Positions 40,656-50,467 of a stretch of DNA of 64,000 nucleotides are shown piece after piece. This DNA comes from Candidatus Poribacteria bacterium (GTDB lineage Bacteria; Poribacteria; WGA-4E; WGA-3G), in contig CBDBFU010000012.1 in assembly GCA_965205025.1 (NCBI GenBank), positions 96,001-160,000 of the forward strand. Reading direction: 5' to 3'. A model generated the notes under the pieces. The model did no database searches. It was not told where the DNA came from and worked only from the letters and a program-made list of their open reading frames with translations. The translations under genes were made by a program, and so were the position numbers. The first letter of the stretch is position 1. Each line of letters opens with the position of its first letter.

Positions 40656-42251
40656 ATGGGTAAAGTTGTCGGAATAGATTTAGGTACGACATTTTCTGTG
40701 ATAGCACATATAAATGAGCATGGACAACCTGAAATTATCCCCAATTTGGAAAGTGACCGAATCACACCATCGGTCGTAATGTTTGAAGACAATCTTGTAA
40801 CTGTTGGGAAAATAGCTAAGCAGAATGCCAGAGCTGTTCCTGAACAGATTGTTGAGTTTATCAAAAGGGAGATGGGTAAATCAAGAACGAATTTCTTCCG
40901 TACATTCGATGAAAAAGACTATTCCCCTGAAGAACTATCTGCGCTCATTTTGACGAAACTGAAACAGGATGCAGAAATCTATCTGAATGAAGAGGTAACT
41001 GATGCTGTAATCACTGTACCCGCGTATTTTCACGACGCAGAAAGGGAAGCCACCCGAAATGCAGGTAAAATTGCAGGTTTTAATGTGCTTCAAGTCTTGA
41101 ACGAACCGACCGCAGCTGCACTCGCTTATGGAATCGATCAACTGGGTAATAACCAAAATGTATTTGTATTCGACCTTGGTGGTGGTACATTTGATGTGAC
41201 AATTATGCAGGTCTCAGAAGCTGAAATACAAATGTTAGCAACAAATGGTGACCATAGGTTAGGAGGTAAAGATTGGGACGACAAAATCATTACTTATGTT
41301 GCTGAGATGTTTGAGATAGAACATGGAGAGAATCCTCTGGATGATCTACATACATATCAAGACCTTCAACTGGATGCAATTGGAGCCAAAGAATCCTTAT
41401 CTCAACGACAAAGAGCATTAATTGTATGTGGATATAATGGGAAAACAACTCGTGTCGAATTAATGCGCGAGAAATTTGAAGAACTTACGGCAGATCTACT
41501 TGAGAGATGTCGAACTTTGTGTGAATTAGTATTATCAGAGGCAGAAATGGCTTGGACTGATATTGATAAGATTTTATTGGTTGGCGGGTCGACACGGATG
41601 CCTATGGTACAAGAAATGATACGGACAATTAGCGATAAAGAGATTAATCCACATGAAGTTAATCCTGATGAAGTCGTCGCATTAGGCGCGGCTATCCAAG
41701 GAACTCTACGTCAAATCACTGATGATACTGTTGAAACACCGGAAATGCCTGAAGCTGTTATTGAACGGTTTATTGGACCGGATGGTGTGCCAAAAGTCAC
41801 TGTAACTGACGGTGCTACACATAATCTCGGTCTTGTTGTCCTCAATTCACAACGCGATTATATTATCCATGTTATGATACCAAAAATGACTGCTGTACCG
41901 TGTGAAATTGCTGATCAATTCTTGACTGTAGATGAGAACCAACCAACTGTACTAATTGAGGTGGTGCAAGGACTTGAACAGGATCAGATTAAAAACCAAA
42001 TCCCATTTTTTGATGAATATAAGTTGGGAGAATGCACGCTTGAGTTACCTAACGGATTGCCACAAGGATCTCCAATTGAGGTAAATTATAAATATAATTT
42101 AGACCAAAATCTTGAGGTAACAGCAAAATCATTGACAGATGACGGTCCTACTGCAGTTTTTGATATCTTTTCAATAATTGATAGACCAACACTTAATGAA
42201 GAAGAAGTTTCCCAAGCACAAACAGATCTGCAAGAACTTACAGTTGAATAA
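40656..42251 (+). CDS. Hsp70/DnaK-family paralog lacking most of the alpha-helical lid
   Basis: GIDLGTT.S, TVPAYF, NEPTAAALAYG, DLGGGTFDV, LGG.DWD, LVGGSTRMP, NPDEVVALGAA. Only 531 aa long. Confidence 0.95.
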   Translation: MGKVVGIDLGTTFSVIAHINEHGQPEIIPNLESDRITPSVVMFEDNLVTVGKIAKQNARAVPEQIVEFIKREMGKSRTNFFRTFDEKDYSPEELSALILTKLKQDAEIYLNEEVTDAVITVPAYFHDAEREATRNAGKIAGFNVLQVLNEPTAAALAYGIDQLGNNQNVFVFDLGGGTFDVTIMQVSEAEIQMLATNGDHRLGGKDWDDKIITYVAEMFEIEHGENPLDDLHTYQDLQLDAIGAKESLSQRQRALIVCGYNGKTTRVELMREKFEELTADLLERCRTLCELVLSEAEMAWTDIDKILLVGGSTRMPMVQEMIRTISDKEINPHEVNPDEVVALGAAIQGTLRQITDDTVETPEMPEAVIERFIGPDGVPKVTVTDGATHNLGLVVLNSQRDYIIHVMIPKMTAVPCEIADQFLTVDENQPTVLIEVVQGLEQDQIKNQIPFFDEYKLGECTLELPNGLPQGSPIEVNYKYNLDQNLEVTAKSLTDDGPTAVFDIFSIIDRPTLNEEEVSQAQTDLQELTVE

Positions 42252-42327
42252 ATTCCTTCACCAAATTACATTTTCTTAGATAATATCATTAGTATATCTT
42301 ACCTTAGTTAACCACAGGAAATTACGA

Positions 42328-43704
42328 ATGTCTGATCGAGATGAATTTATAGCCTTTGTAACAGATTTTAAAGTTGTCTCACTTACTATTTCGGACGAAC
42401 AACGTAAAGGTCTTTTACGTAGAGCAGTACATCAACACGGTCTTACTGTAGAAGAAGCATACAGAATATTAGATAAATCGGGACTTGTAATTGGAGAACA
42501 ACAGGTAGATTTTTTTCAAGTATTAGGTATACCCTTTGAAGAGATTAAAACTAAAACCGAATCGGAGATTACAGGATGTGTTGAGTCAACCCACAAGAGA
42601 CTATATAGAGAATCCCTGAATTCGGGTGGTCGTCCACGGCCAGATGGTAGGTCAGAAGAACAGTGGCGAAGATTATTAAATCAAGCACGTGATGTCCTTA
42701 TTGATCCCATTAAGAGGCAAGGACATATTGATGAACTAAATACTTATGATGATGAAGAGTTTAATGAGGATATATCAATTAAGCCAACCACTTCTATAAG
42801 CAATTCATCATTTAATGTTGAGGAAAGGGTTATACCAGCACACAAAAAACTTGTATATTCTGTTGTATTTTCACCTGATGGCACATGTGTTGCCAGTGGG
42901 AGTGCTGACAAATCAATATGTATCTGGGATATTCAGGCTGAAAAGCAGAAACATATTCTTAACGGTCATCATGATACAGTAACATCTGTTAGGTATTCCC
43001 CAGACGGTAAAACCATAGCAAGCGGGAGTTTTGACGGAACAGTATGTTTATGGAATGCTAAATCTGGAGAGTTGAAAAAACGTTTAACAGAACAAAAAGA
43101 TAAAATTAGTTCCCTTGCTTATTCACCTGATGGAAAAACAATTGCAAGTGGGAGTTATAATGGAACTATTCAATTATACAATGCTGAGACAGGAGAACCT
43201 AAAATCCTCCTCAAAGGACATAAGAATTGGGTTAGTTCAGTTGTGTATTCACCTGATGGAAAAACAGTTGCATGTGCAAGTTATGATGGGAATGTATATT
43301 TATGGAATACTGAATCAGGCGTAAATATGCATGTCCTAACAGGTCATAAATTTAGTGTTATCGCAGTAACTTATTCACCTAATTCTGATACAATCATTAG
43401 TATTGATCTACAAGGAACAATTCTGGCATGGAATGCTATTTCTGGAAAACAAAAGAAACTCTCAACGGGGTTCATGTCCTGGGTTAGTTCAGTAGTTTAT
43501 TCCCCAGATGCAACGAATCTAACATGTGGTAGTTTTCATGGATCAATCACTTTATGGAATACAGATACATGGGAGGAAGTAAGAACTATTACAGGGCATA
43601 CCTCAACTGTAAAAGCACTATCCTACTCTCCAGATGGAAGGATTCTGGCAAGCTGCGGTGGAGACGGTAATGTACGAATTTGGAGTTCATCATTATACGA
43701 ATAA
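42328..43704 (+). CDS. J-domain-like module fused to a 7-bladed WD40 beta-propeller
   Basis: Shared N-terminal module (DFFQVLG...GGRPRPDGRSEEQW..LLNQARD.L.DP.KR), then GH..V.SV.YSPDG..IASGS.D repeats. Confidence 0.85.
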   Translation: MSDRDEFIAFVTDFKVVSLTISDEQRKGLLRRAVHQHGLTVEEAYRILDKSGLVIGEQQVDFFQVLGIPFEEIKTKTESEITGCVESTHKRLYRESLNSGGRPRPDGRSEEQWRRLLNQARDVLIDPIKRQGHIDELNTYDDEEFNEDISIKPTTSISNSSFNVEERVIPAHKKLVYSVVFSPDGTCVASGSADKSICIWDIQAEKQKHILNGHHDTVTSVRYSPDGKTIASGSFDGTVCLWNAKSGELKKRLTEQKDKISSLAYSPDGKTIASGSYNGTIQLYNAETGEPKILLKGHKNWVSSVVYSPDGKTVACASYDGNVYLWNTESGVNMHVLTGHKFSVIAVTYSPNSDTIISIDLQGTILAWNAISGKQKKLSTGFMSWVSSVVYSPDATNLTCGSFHGSITLWNTDTWEEVRTITGHTSTVKALSYSPDGRILASCGGDGNVRIWSSSLYE

Positions 43705-43788
43705 TACCTATTCAAGCTGCCGATCATTAATGACAGAATACTACAACTGAATTATTCTTGTTCATAGAATTTCTAATAGGTTTAATTA

Positions 43789-45030
43789 ATGTCCCAACGC
43801 GATGAATTCTTTGCATTTATTAATACTCTCAAAGATGCATCACCTACGATTACTGATGAACAACGAAAAGGCTTTCTCAGACTTGCAGTTGAAAAATATG
43901 GTTTAACTGTTGATGAAGCAACATCTATATTTAATGCATCGGGTATAATAATTGGGGAAATAGTTGATCTACTTGAAATCTTTGGATTAACTATCACAGA
44001 GATTAAGAGATATAATCAATCTGAAATTGTCGATCGCGTTGAGTCAATCCACAGTAAACTATATAGTGAATCTTTAAAGTCCGGTGGTCGTCCGCGTCCA
44101 GATGGTAGGTCAGAAGAACAGTGGCGAAGATTATTAAATCAAGCACGAGACACACTAACTGACTCAAAGAAACGGCACGAATATCTTACCACACTCCAAA
44201 TTAAAGAACCCTCCTTTGATATAGCATCAGGAAGCACAAGTCTTGAGGATATGTCACTTATTCATAAAGGTGAATTTGAAATGGGTAGCAATGATGACGA
44301 GGCTTTTGATGATGAACATCCGGTTCATACCGTTTTTCTTGACGAATTCTATATTGACCAATATCCTGTAACCAATGCACAATACAAGGCATTCCTTGAT
44401 GCAAGACCACAGTGGAGTAGACATGAAATTCCAAAAGAGTATTGTGATGTTGACTATCTAAAGCATTGGCGTTGGGATAGTTTTCCGAAAGGAGAAGCAG
44501 ATTATCCTGTTGTCAATGTAAGTTGGTATGCTGCTATGGCTTATGCTCAATGGAGAGGCAAACGTCTTCCAACTGAAGCTGAATGGGAAAAAGCTGCACG
44601 AGGTGATCTAATTGGCAATAAATATCCATACGGTAATTCAGTAGATCCCACTCAAGCGAATTATGACTGGAATGAGGGAAATACCACACCCGTTGGCAAA
44701 TATCCTTCAAATGGATATGAACTCTATGACATGTGCGGTAATGTTTGGGAATGGTGCCTTGATAAATATGAGAAATATTATTATAGAAACTCACCGACTC
44801 GTAACCCTATTGCTGGTGAAGATACTATTCACCAGTTGAATAGCAACTACTTAGAGATTGAATCTAACCGAGTATTACGGGGTGGTTCATGGCGTATACC
44901 TGCCTTATTAGTAAGAACAGCAAAACGTAATGCTGAATCACCATGGTTTTCACTGAATGTAATTGGATTTCGATGTGTATATCAGGTCTTACTTAAGGAT
45001 ATGTCTCCTTTACCTCCTTCCGTTATATGA
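43789..45030 (+). CDS. J-domain-like module + FGE/SUMF1 (CLec-fold) domain, paralog 1
   Basis: Shared N module, F.MGS..E.P.H.V, PVTNAQY, RLPTEAEWEKAARG, GNVWEW, RGGSW, GFRC. Confidence 0.9.
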   Translation: MSQRDEFFAFINTLKDASPTITDEQRKGFLRLAVEKYGLTVDEATSIFNASGIIIGEIVDLLEIFGLTITEIKRYNQSEIVDRVESIHSKLYSESLKSGGRPRPDGRSEEQWRRLLNQARDTLTDSKKRHEYLTTLQIKEPSFDIASGSTSLEDMSLIHKGEFEMGSNDDEAFDDEHPVHTVFLDEFYIDQYPVTNAQYKAFLDARPQWSRHEIPKEYCDVDYLKHWRWDSFPKGEADYPVVNVSWYAAMAYAQWRGKRLPTEAEWEKAARGDLIGNKYPYGNSVDPTQANYDWNEGNTTPVGKYPSNGYELYDMCGNVWEWCLDKYEKYYYRNSPTRNPIAGEDTIHQLNSNYLEIESNRVLRGGSWRIPALLVRTAKRNAESPWFSLNVIGFRCVYQVLLKDMSPLPPSVI

Positions 45031-45061
45031 ACTATCTTAACTTCTATATCAAAATTAGACT

Positions 45062-46447
45062 ATGCTAAAACGTAATGAGTATATAGACTTTATTAATCAA
45101 TTTAGAACTGTATCTCCAACTATCACAGATGAACAAAGGATTGGTCTTCTGCGACGAGGTGTTCAACAACATGGTCTATCAATTTCTGAGGCAGAGAAAA
45201 TAATTCTATCATCAGGATTAATTATCGGTGAACAGATAAATTATTTCGATATATTCGGTTTATCCATAGAAGATTTACAGAATAAAAACGAGGAGTTAAT
45301 TACAGCAGAAGTTGATACGATACACAGAAATCTATATAACGCTTCCTTAAAAGCAGGAGGTCGTATACGATCAGATGGCAGGACAGAAGAACAGTGGCGG
45401 ATCATATTAAATGAAGCACGCGATACTCTCAAGAATGTTGAAAAACGAAAATCTCATATTGAAATGCTACAATCCGATGTTCTACCTCCGATTGAAATCC
45501 TATTTGAAGATTCTCCTCTACAAGAAACTGACACAACACAAGAAACAATTCAAACACAACCAACCGAACAGTCAAGTGTGTTGCCATCTGTAAAAGTACT
45601 TCCTGAAGATGAATCTATACAAGAAACTGACACCCTTGAAGAATCTAATTTAACACAACCCGTAATAGAAGATGGTATGGCACTCATTCCTGCCGGAGAA
45701 TTTCAAATGGGGAGTGATGACATTGAGGCATACAATGACGAAAAACCTGTACATACTGTATACATAGATACATTCTTTATTGATCAATATCCTGTCACGA
45801 ATGTAGAATATCAAGAGTTTATTGATACCAATCCTGAATGGCGTAAACCCAAAAAGTGGTATGATAATACTGAAATTATTGCCGGTATTCACAAGAAATA
45901 TCATGACGGTGATTACCTAAAGACTTGGAAAAGAAACAATTTTCCAAAAAATGAAGATCATCATCCTGTAACTTGGGTGAGTTGGTATGCAGCCATGGCT
46001 TACGCACAGTGGAAAGGTAAAAGACTACCAACGGAAGCTGAATGGGAAAAAGCTGCACGAGGTGGTTTGACAGGACAGAAATATCCATGGGGAAATACCA
46101 TAAGCCTCAATCATCTAAATTACGATCTATATATCAGTAATACTACAGAAGTAGGTCAATACCCTGAAAATGGTTATGGTATTTATGATATGGCGGGGAA
46201 CGTATTTGAATGGTGCATAGATTTATGGGATGAAAACTTCTATACTAATTCTCCATACAATAATCCTGTCGCTGATGGATATTTAGCAGATATATTAGCT
46301 GATTTCACAAGCGCAATTACACCGAGAGTTGTGCGGGGTGGATCTTCTGTAAGTACTCCGAGAAACACACGTGTTTCATATCGACATAGAAATACTCCTA
46401 AACTGACATGTTTTAGTATTGGATTCCGTTGTGTAAGATCTAAATAA
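45062..46447 (+). CDS. J-domain-like module + FGE/SUMF1 domain, paralog 2
   Basis: Same architecture, with an acidic T/E/Q linker (QETDT twice). Confidence 0.9.
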   Translation: MLKRNEYIDFINQFRTVSPTITDEQRIGLLRRGVQQHGLSISEAEKIILSSGLIIGEQINYFDIFGLSIEDLQNKNEELITAEVDTIHRNLYNASLKAGGRIRSDGRTEEQWRIILNEARDTLKNVEKRKSHIEMLQSDVLPPIEILFEDSPLQETDTTQETIQTQPTEQSSVLPSVKVLPEDESIQETDTLEESNLTQPVIEDGMALIPAGEFQMGSDDIEAYNDEKPVHTVYIDTFFIDQYPVTNVEYQEFIDTNPEWRKPKKWYDNTEIIAGIHKKYHDGDYLKTWKRNNFPKNEDHHPVTWVSWYAAMAYAQWKGKRLPTEAEWEKAARGGLTGQKYPWGNTISLNHLNYDLYISNTTEVGQYPENGYGIYDMAGNVFEWCIDLWDENFYTNSPYNNPVADGYLADILADFTSAITPRVVRGGSSVSTPRNTRVSYRHRNTPKLTCFSIGFRCVRSK

Positions 46448-46500
46448 ACTACATTTTTATCAAATTTTTACTAATTTTTCATATATAAATTATTCTATCT

Positions 46501-47721
46501 ATGGCTGAAAGCAAAGAATTCATAGCATTTGTTAATAGATTAAAGACACTGTCACCGACCATAACCGAAGAGCAGCGTATTGGTCTTCTACGTCAAGGTA
46601 TGCAGGAATATAACCTCACCTCAGATGAAGCGGAAAATATTCTGAAAACATCAGGATTAATTGTTGGTGAACAAGATAATTATTTTGATGTCTTAGGAAT
46701 CTCAATTGAAGAATTTGAAGAACTTAGTGAAGCAGATATTATTGCGTATGTAGAATCCATCCACGACAAACTTTACAGAGCATCTTTGAATGCAGGAGGT
46801 CGGCCAAGGTCTGATGGTAGGACAGAAGAAGAGTGGCGGACACTACTAAATCAAGCACGAGATACATTAATAGATCCTGATATACGACGATTACACAATT
46901 CAACATTACAACAAACAGAAAATTCCTTAGATGATGGAATAACACATCTAAGTTCTGAAAATATGGTGTTAATCCCTGAAGGAGAATTTCAGATGGGATG
47001 TGATGATTATCAATCTGATAAGAGTGAGAAACCTGTCCATACTGTTTATGTTGATGCATTCTATATAGACTCTTTTCCGGTAACGAATCTACAGTACAAA
47101 TTATTTCTGGATGCGAACCCTCAGTGGAAATCTCCTAAAATAATTGATATTTATAGGATGCGAAAATATCGAGATACAGACTATTTGATGACTTGGGATA
47201 GGAACAAAGTTCCAACAGGAAAGGAAGAACATCCTGTAACTTGGGTGAGTTGGTATGCAGCTATGGCTTATGCTCAATGGTTAGGTAAAAGATTGCCAAC
47301 AGAAGCAGAATGGGAAAAAGCAGCACGTGGTGGCTTAGAAGAGAAAAAATATCCATGGGGTAATTCGATTGATGATTCCTATGCAAATTTTGGTATAAAC
47401 ATCGGTGAGACAACCCCAATTGGTAATTATCCTGCTAACAATTATGAAGTATACGATATGGTAGGGAATGTATCTGAATGGTGTTTAGATAAGTGGGATG
47501 AAAAATTCTATAGTTATTCACCACATATTAACCCAATTGCAGGTGGAAGTACTGAAAGGATTATAGAGACACATTCAAAATTAAGAGAGGAACGTGTAAT
47601 CAGAGGGGGTTCATGGCATACTGACCTTGAAGACCTACGAATATCCTACAGAACAGGATTAGCACCTTCAAAAACAGAAAGTTTTATAGGATTTCGTTGT
47701 GTGAAACCTATTAACCAGTAA
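46501..47721 (+). CDS. J-domain-like module + FGE/SUMF1 domain, paralog 3
   Basis: Same architecture. Confidence 0.9.
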   Translation: MAESKEFIAFVNRLKTLSPTITEEQRIGLLRQGMQEYNLTSDEAENILKTSGLIVGEQDNYFDVLGISIEEFEELSEADIIAYVESIHDKLYRASLNAGGRPRSDGRTEEEWRTLLNQARDTLIDPDIRRLHNSTLQQTENSLDDGITHLSSENMVLIPEGEFQMGCDDYQSDKSEKPVHTVYVDAFYIDSFPVTNLQYKLFLDANPQWKSPKIIDIYRMRKYRDTDYLMTWDRNKVPTGKEEHPVTWVSWYAAMAYAQWLGKRLPTEAEWEKAARGGLEEKKYPWGNSIDDSYANFGINIGETTPIGNYPANNYEVYDMVGNVSEWCLDKWDEKFYSYSPHINPIAGGSTERIIETHSKLREERVIRGGSWHTDLEDLRISYRTGLAPSKTESFIGFRCVKPINQ

Positions 47722-47763
47722 ACCAATTATTTCTCTTGTTAAAGACCTAATTGAGGATCAAGA

Positions 47764-49053
47764 ATGCGTGAATATGAAGAATTTATCTCTGTTATCAATA
47801 CACTCAAAGTACTATCACCAATAATAACTGAAGCGCAACGTATTGGTCTTCTGCGACAAGGTGTGCAGGAATATGGTCTCACTACAGATGAAGCGGAAAA
47901 TATTCTGAAAACATCAGGATTAATTGTTGGTGAACAAGATAATTATTTTGATGTTTTAGGAATCTCAATTGAAGAACTGGAAAATCTCAGTGAAGCAGAT
48001 GTCGACGCACATGTTGAATCTGTCCACGACAAACTTTACCGAACATCTTTGAATGCAGGAGGTCGTCCGCGGTCTGATGGTAGAACAGAAGTAGAGTGGC
48101 GAAACCTTTTAAATCAAGCAAAAGATACAATAACAGATCCCTTAAAAAGAAGTGAATATATTTACATTCTACAACAGGATAGAATAAAGGATATACCTAC
48201 TGAAACATCACAGGAATTGGAATCATCTGAGGCAAACACAATACCTCATGCATTAAGTAGTACATTTATACAGGATGGTATTGAGGTGCCTGATGATATG
48301 GTATATATACCAGCAGGAGAATTCCAAATGGGGAGTGAACATGCAGATGCAGAGGAGGATGAACAACCTATTCACACAGTTTTTGTTAATGCATTTCTTA
48401 TGGATAAATATCCTGTGACAAATAGGAAATTTAGAGAATTTCTGAATACTAATCCTGAGTGGCGGAAACCTGATGATATAATTAATCATATAAGATGGAA
48501 TTATCATGACGGTTCATATTTGAAGGATTGGCAGATGAATATGTATCCACCTGGGAAAGGTGATCATCCAGTGACACAGGTGAGTTGGTATGCTGCGATG
48601 GCGTATGCAGAATCTGTAGGTAAGCGTTTACCGACTGAAGCGGAATGGGAAAGAGCAGCACGCGGTGGCTTGGATGGTAAACACTATTCATGGGGTAATG
48701 TTGAAGATTTTGCTAATGCAGATGAGTATTTAAATGCTGAAGATAATTTGCCAATCGGCCTTACACCTGCCAATAATTATGGACTTTATGACATGTGTGG
48801 CAATGTATGGGAATGGTGTCTTGATGCATATAATGAGGATTTCTATAATGATACACCACAGAATAACCCATTTTATGGACCTAACAGCATAGAATGGGTA
48901 ATAGAACATTTTAGACGTATAACAATCGAACGTGTATTACGCGGAGGTCCTTGGGGTTTTGAAACTATAGGTGCACGAGTATCACAACGACTCAAAAGTG
49001 CCCCAACCGATACTTTACCTACTTACAGTTTTCGTTGTATAAAATATATTTGA
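47764..49053 (+). CDS. J-domain-like module + FGE/SUMF1 domain, paralog 4
   Basis: Same architecture. Confidence 0.9.
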   Translation: MREYEEFISVINTLKVLSPIITEAQRIGLLRQGVQEYGLTTDEAENILKTSGLIVGEQDNYFDVLGISIEELENLSEADVDAHVESVHDKLYRTSLNAGGRPRSDGRTEVEWRNLLNQAKDTITDPLKRSEYIYILQQDRIKDIPTETSQELESSEANTIPHALSSTFIQDGIEVPDDMVYIPAGEFQMGSEHADAEEDEQPIHTVFVNAFLMDKYPVTNRKFREFLNTNPEWRKPDDIINHIRWNYHDGSYLKDWQMNMYPPGKGDHPVTQVSWYAAMAYAESVGKRLPTEAEWERAARGGLDGKHYSWGNVEDFANADEYLNAEDNLPIGLTPANNYGLYDMCGNVWEWCLDAYNEDFYNDTPQNNPFYGPNSIEWVIEHFRRITIERVLRGGPWGFETIGARVSQRLKSAPTDTLPTYSFRCIKYI

Positions 49054-49117
49054 TAGGTATGGTCTTTTTGATAGAATAATTTCATAGAATATTGAAATAT
49101 AAATAGACTTACTAAAC

Positions 49118-50407
49118 ATGGCAAAACGTGAAGAGTTCATTCAGCTTATCAACACTTTTAAAACGGTGTCAGACACAATAACAGACAATCAAAGACGTGG
49201 TCTGTTGCAACAGGCTGTACAGATCTACGATCTCTCTATTGAAGAAGGTATAGAGATATTGGATTCATTAGGAATAGTTGTCGGCGATGAGATAAATTAT
49301 TTTGAGATATTAGGACTATCCCTTGAGGACATACAAGACAAGGATGACCACTCGGTTACTGATATTGTTAAAATAGCACATGATGACTTGTATAAAGTCT
49401 CCTTAACTGCTGGAGGACGGGTCAGATCAGATGGAAGGACTGAAGAACAGTGGCGAATACTACTGAACCAAGCGCGGAATATTCTGGGTGATAAAGAAAA
49501 AAGAAACGAATACATATCAACCCTTCTTCAAGAAGAATCTGAAGAATTTACAACTCCGAATACACCTACTATTCCGGGTACCGAACCTAATTCTATACAG
49601 ACGAGTGAAATTGTATCTGAACTGACCTCTCATATAATAATAGATCCTGACGATATTGAAATCCCGACTGAAATGGTATTGATCCCTTCAGGAGAATTTA
49701 TGATGGGATCTCATAGTGAAGAAATAAATGGTAGTGATTTATCATTACATAGTGTGTATGTAAATGGATACCTAATTGATAAATATCCTGTAACTAATTC
49801 TGAATTCCGTATTTTTCTCACAGAGAACGAACAATGGCAGAAAAACAACATACCCAATGAATTTCACAATGGTAAATACCTTAGTTCTTGGAACGGGAAT
49901 ATCTATCCAAGAAATAAAGACAATGATCCGGTTGTCGACGTAAGTTGGTATGCTGCCATGGCTTATGCTCAATGGATAGAGAAACGACTTCCAACAGATA
50001 TTGAATGGGAAAAAGCTGCACGTGGAGGGTTAACTGAAAAAACGTATCCCTGGGGTGATGATATTACTAACGACCTGGCGAATTACGGAATGATTGTTGG
50101 GAATACAACCCCTGTTGGCACCTATCCTCCAAATGAGTATGGTGCGTATGATATGGTTGGCAATGTGTGGGAATGGTGCCTTAATCATTATGAACATATT
50201 GAAGCATTTAGTAAACCAAGTATATCTGTTGAACAGATTGGTGATATCTTAGATTCCTACTTAGAAGTCGAAAGCAATCGTGTGTTACGTGGAGGGTCTT
50301 GGGCAAGTAGTGAACGAGCTCTTAATGTTGCATATAGAGGTAGTGCTGCCCCTGATTATACATATTACAGCTACGGGTTTCGATGTGTTAAGGATATTCA
50401 TGGGTAA
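49118..50407 (+). CDS. J-domain-like module + FGE/SUMF1 domain, paralog 5
   Basis: Same architecture. Confidence 0.9.
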   Translation: MAKREEFIQLINTFKTVSDTITDNQRRGLLQQAVQIYDLSIEEGIEILDSLGIVVGDEINYFEILGLSLEDIQDKDDHSVTDIVKIAHDDLYKVSLTAGGRVRSDGRTEEQWRILLNQARNILGDKEKRNEYISTLLQEESEEFTTPNTPTIPGTEPNSIQTSEIVSELTSHIIIDPDDIEIPTEMVLIPSGEFMMGSHSEEINGSDLSLHSVYVNGYLIDKYPVTNSEFRIFLTENEQWQKNNIPNEFHNGKYLSSWNGNIYPRNKDNDPVVDVSWYAAMAYAQWIEKRLPTDIEWEKAARGGLTEKTYPWGDDITNDLANYGMIVGNTTPVGTYPPNEYGAYDMVGNVWEWCLNHYEHIEAFSKPSISVEQIGDILDSYLEVESNRVLRGGSWASSERALNVAYRGSAAPDYTYYSYGFRCVKDIHG

Positions 50408-50467
50408 AATATCTTCAACTCTAATGTACATCTAATTTTCAGAGTTCATCTTTTTGGAACTGTATTA

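Noticed and set aside
39939-42251. Housekeeping grpE-dnaK-dnaJ heat-shock operon
   Set aside because: The Hsp70 is lid-less with a divergent linker, there is no HPD/zinc-finger DnaJ, and no hrcA or CIRCE.
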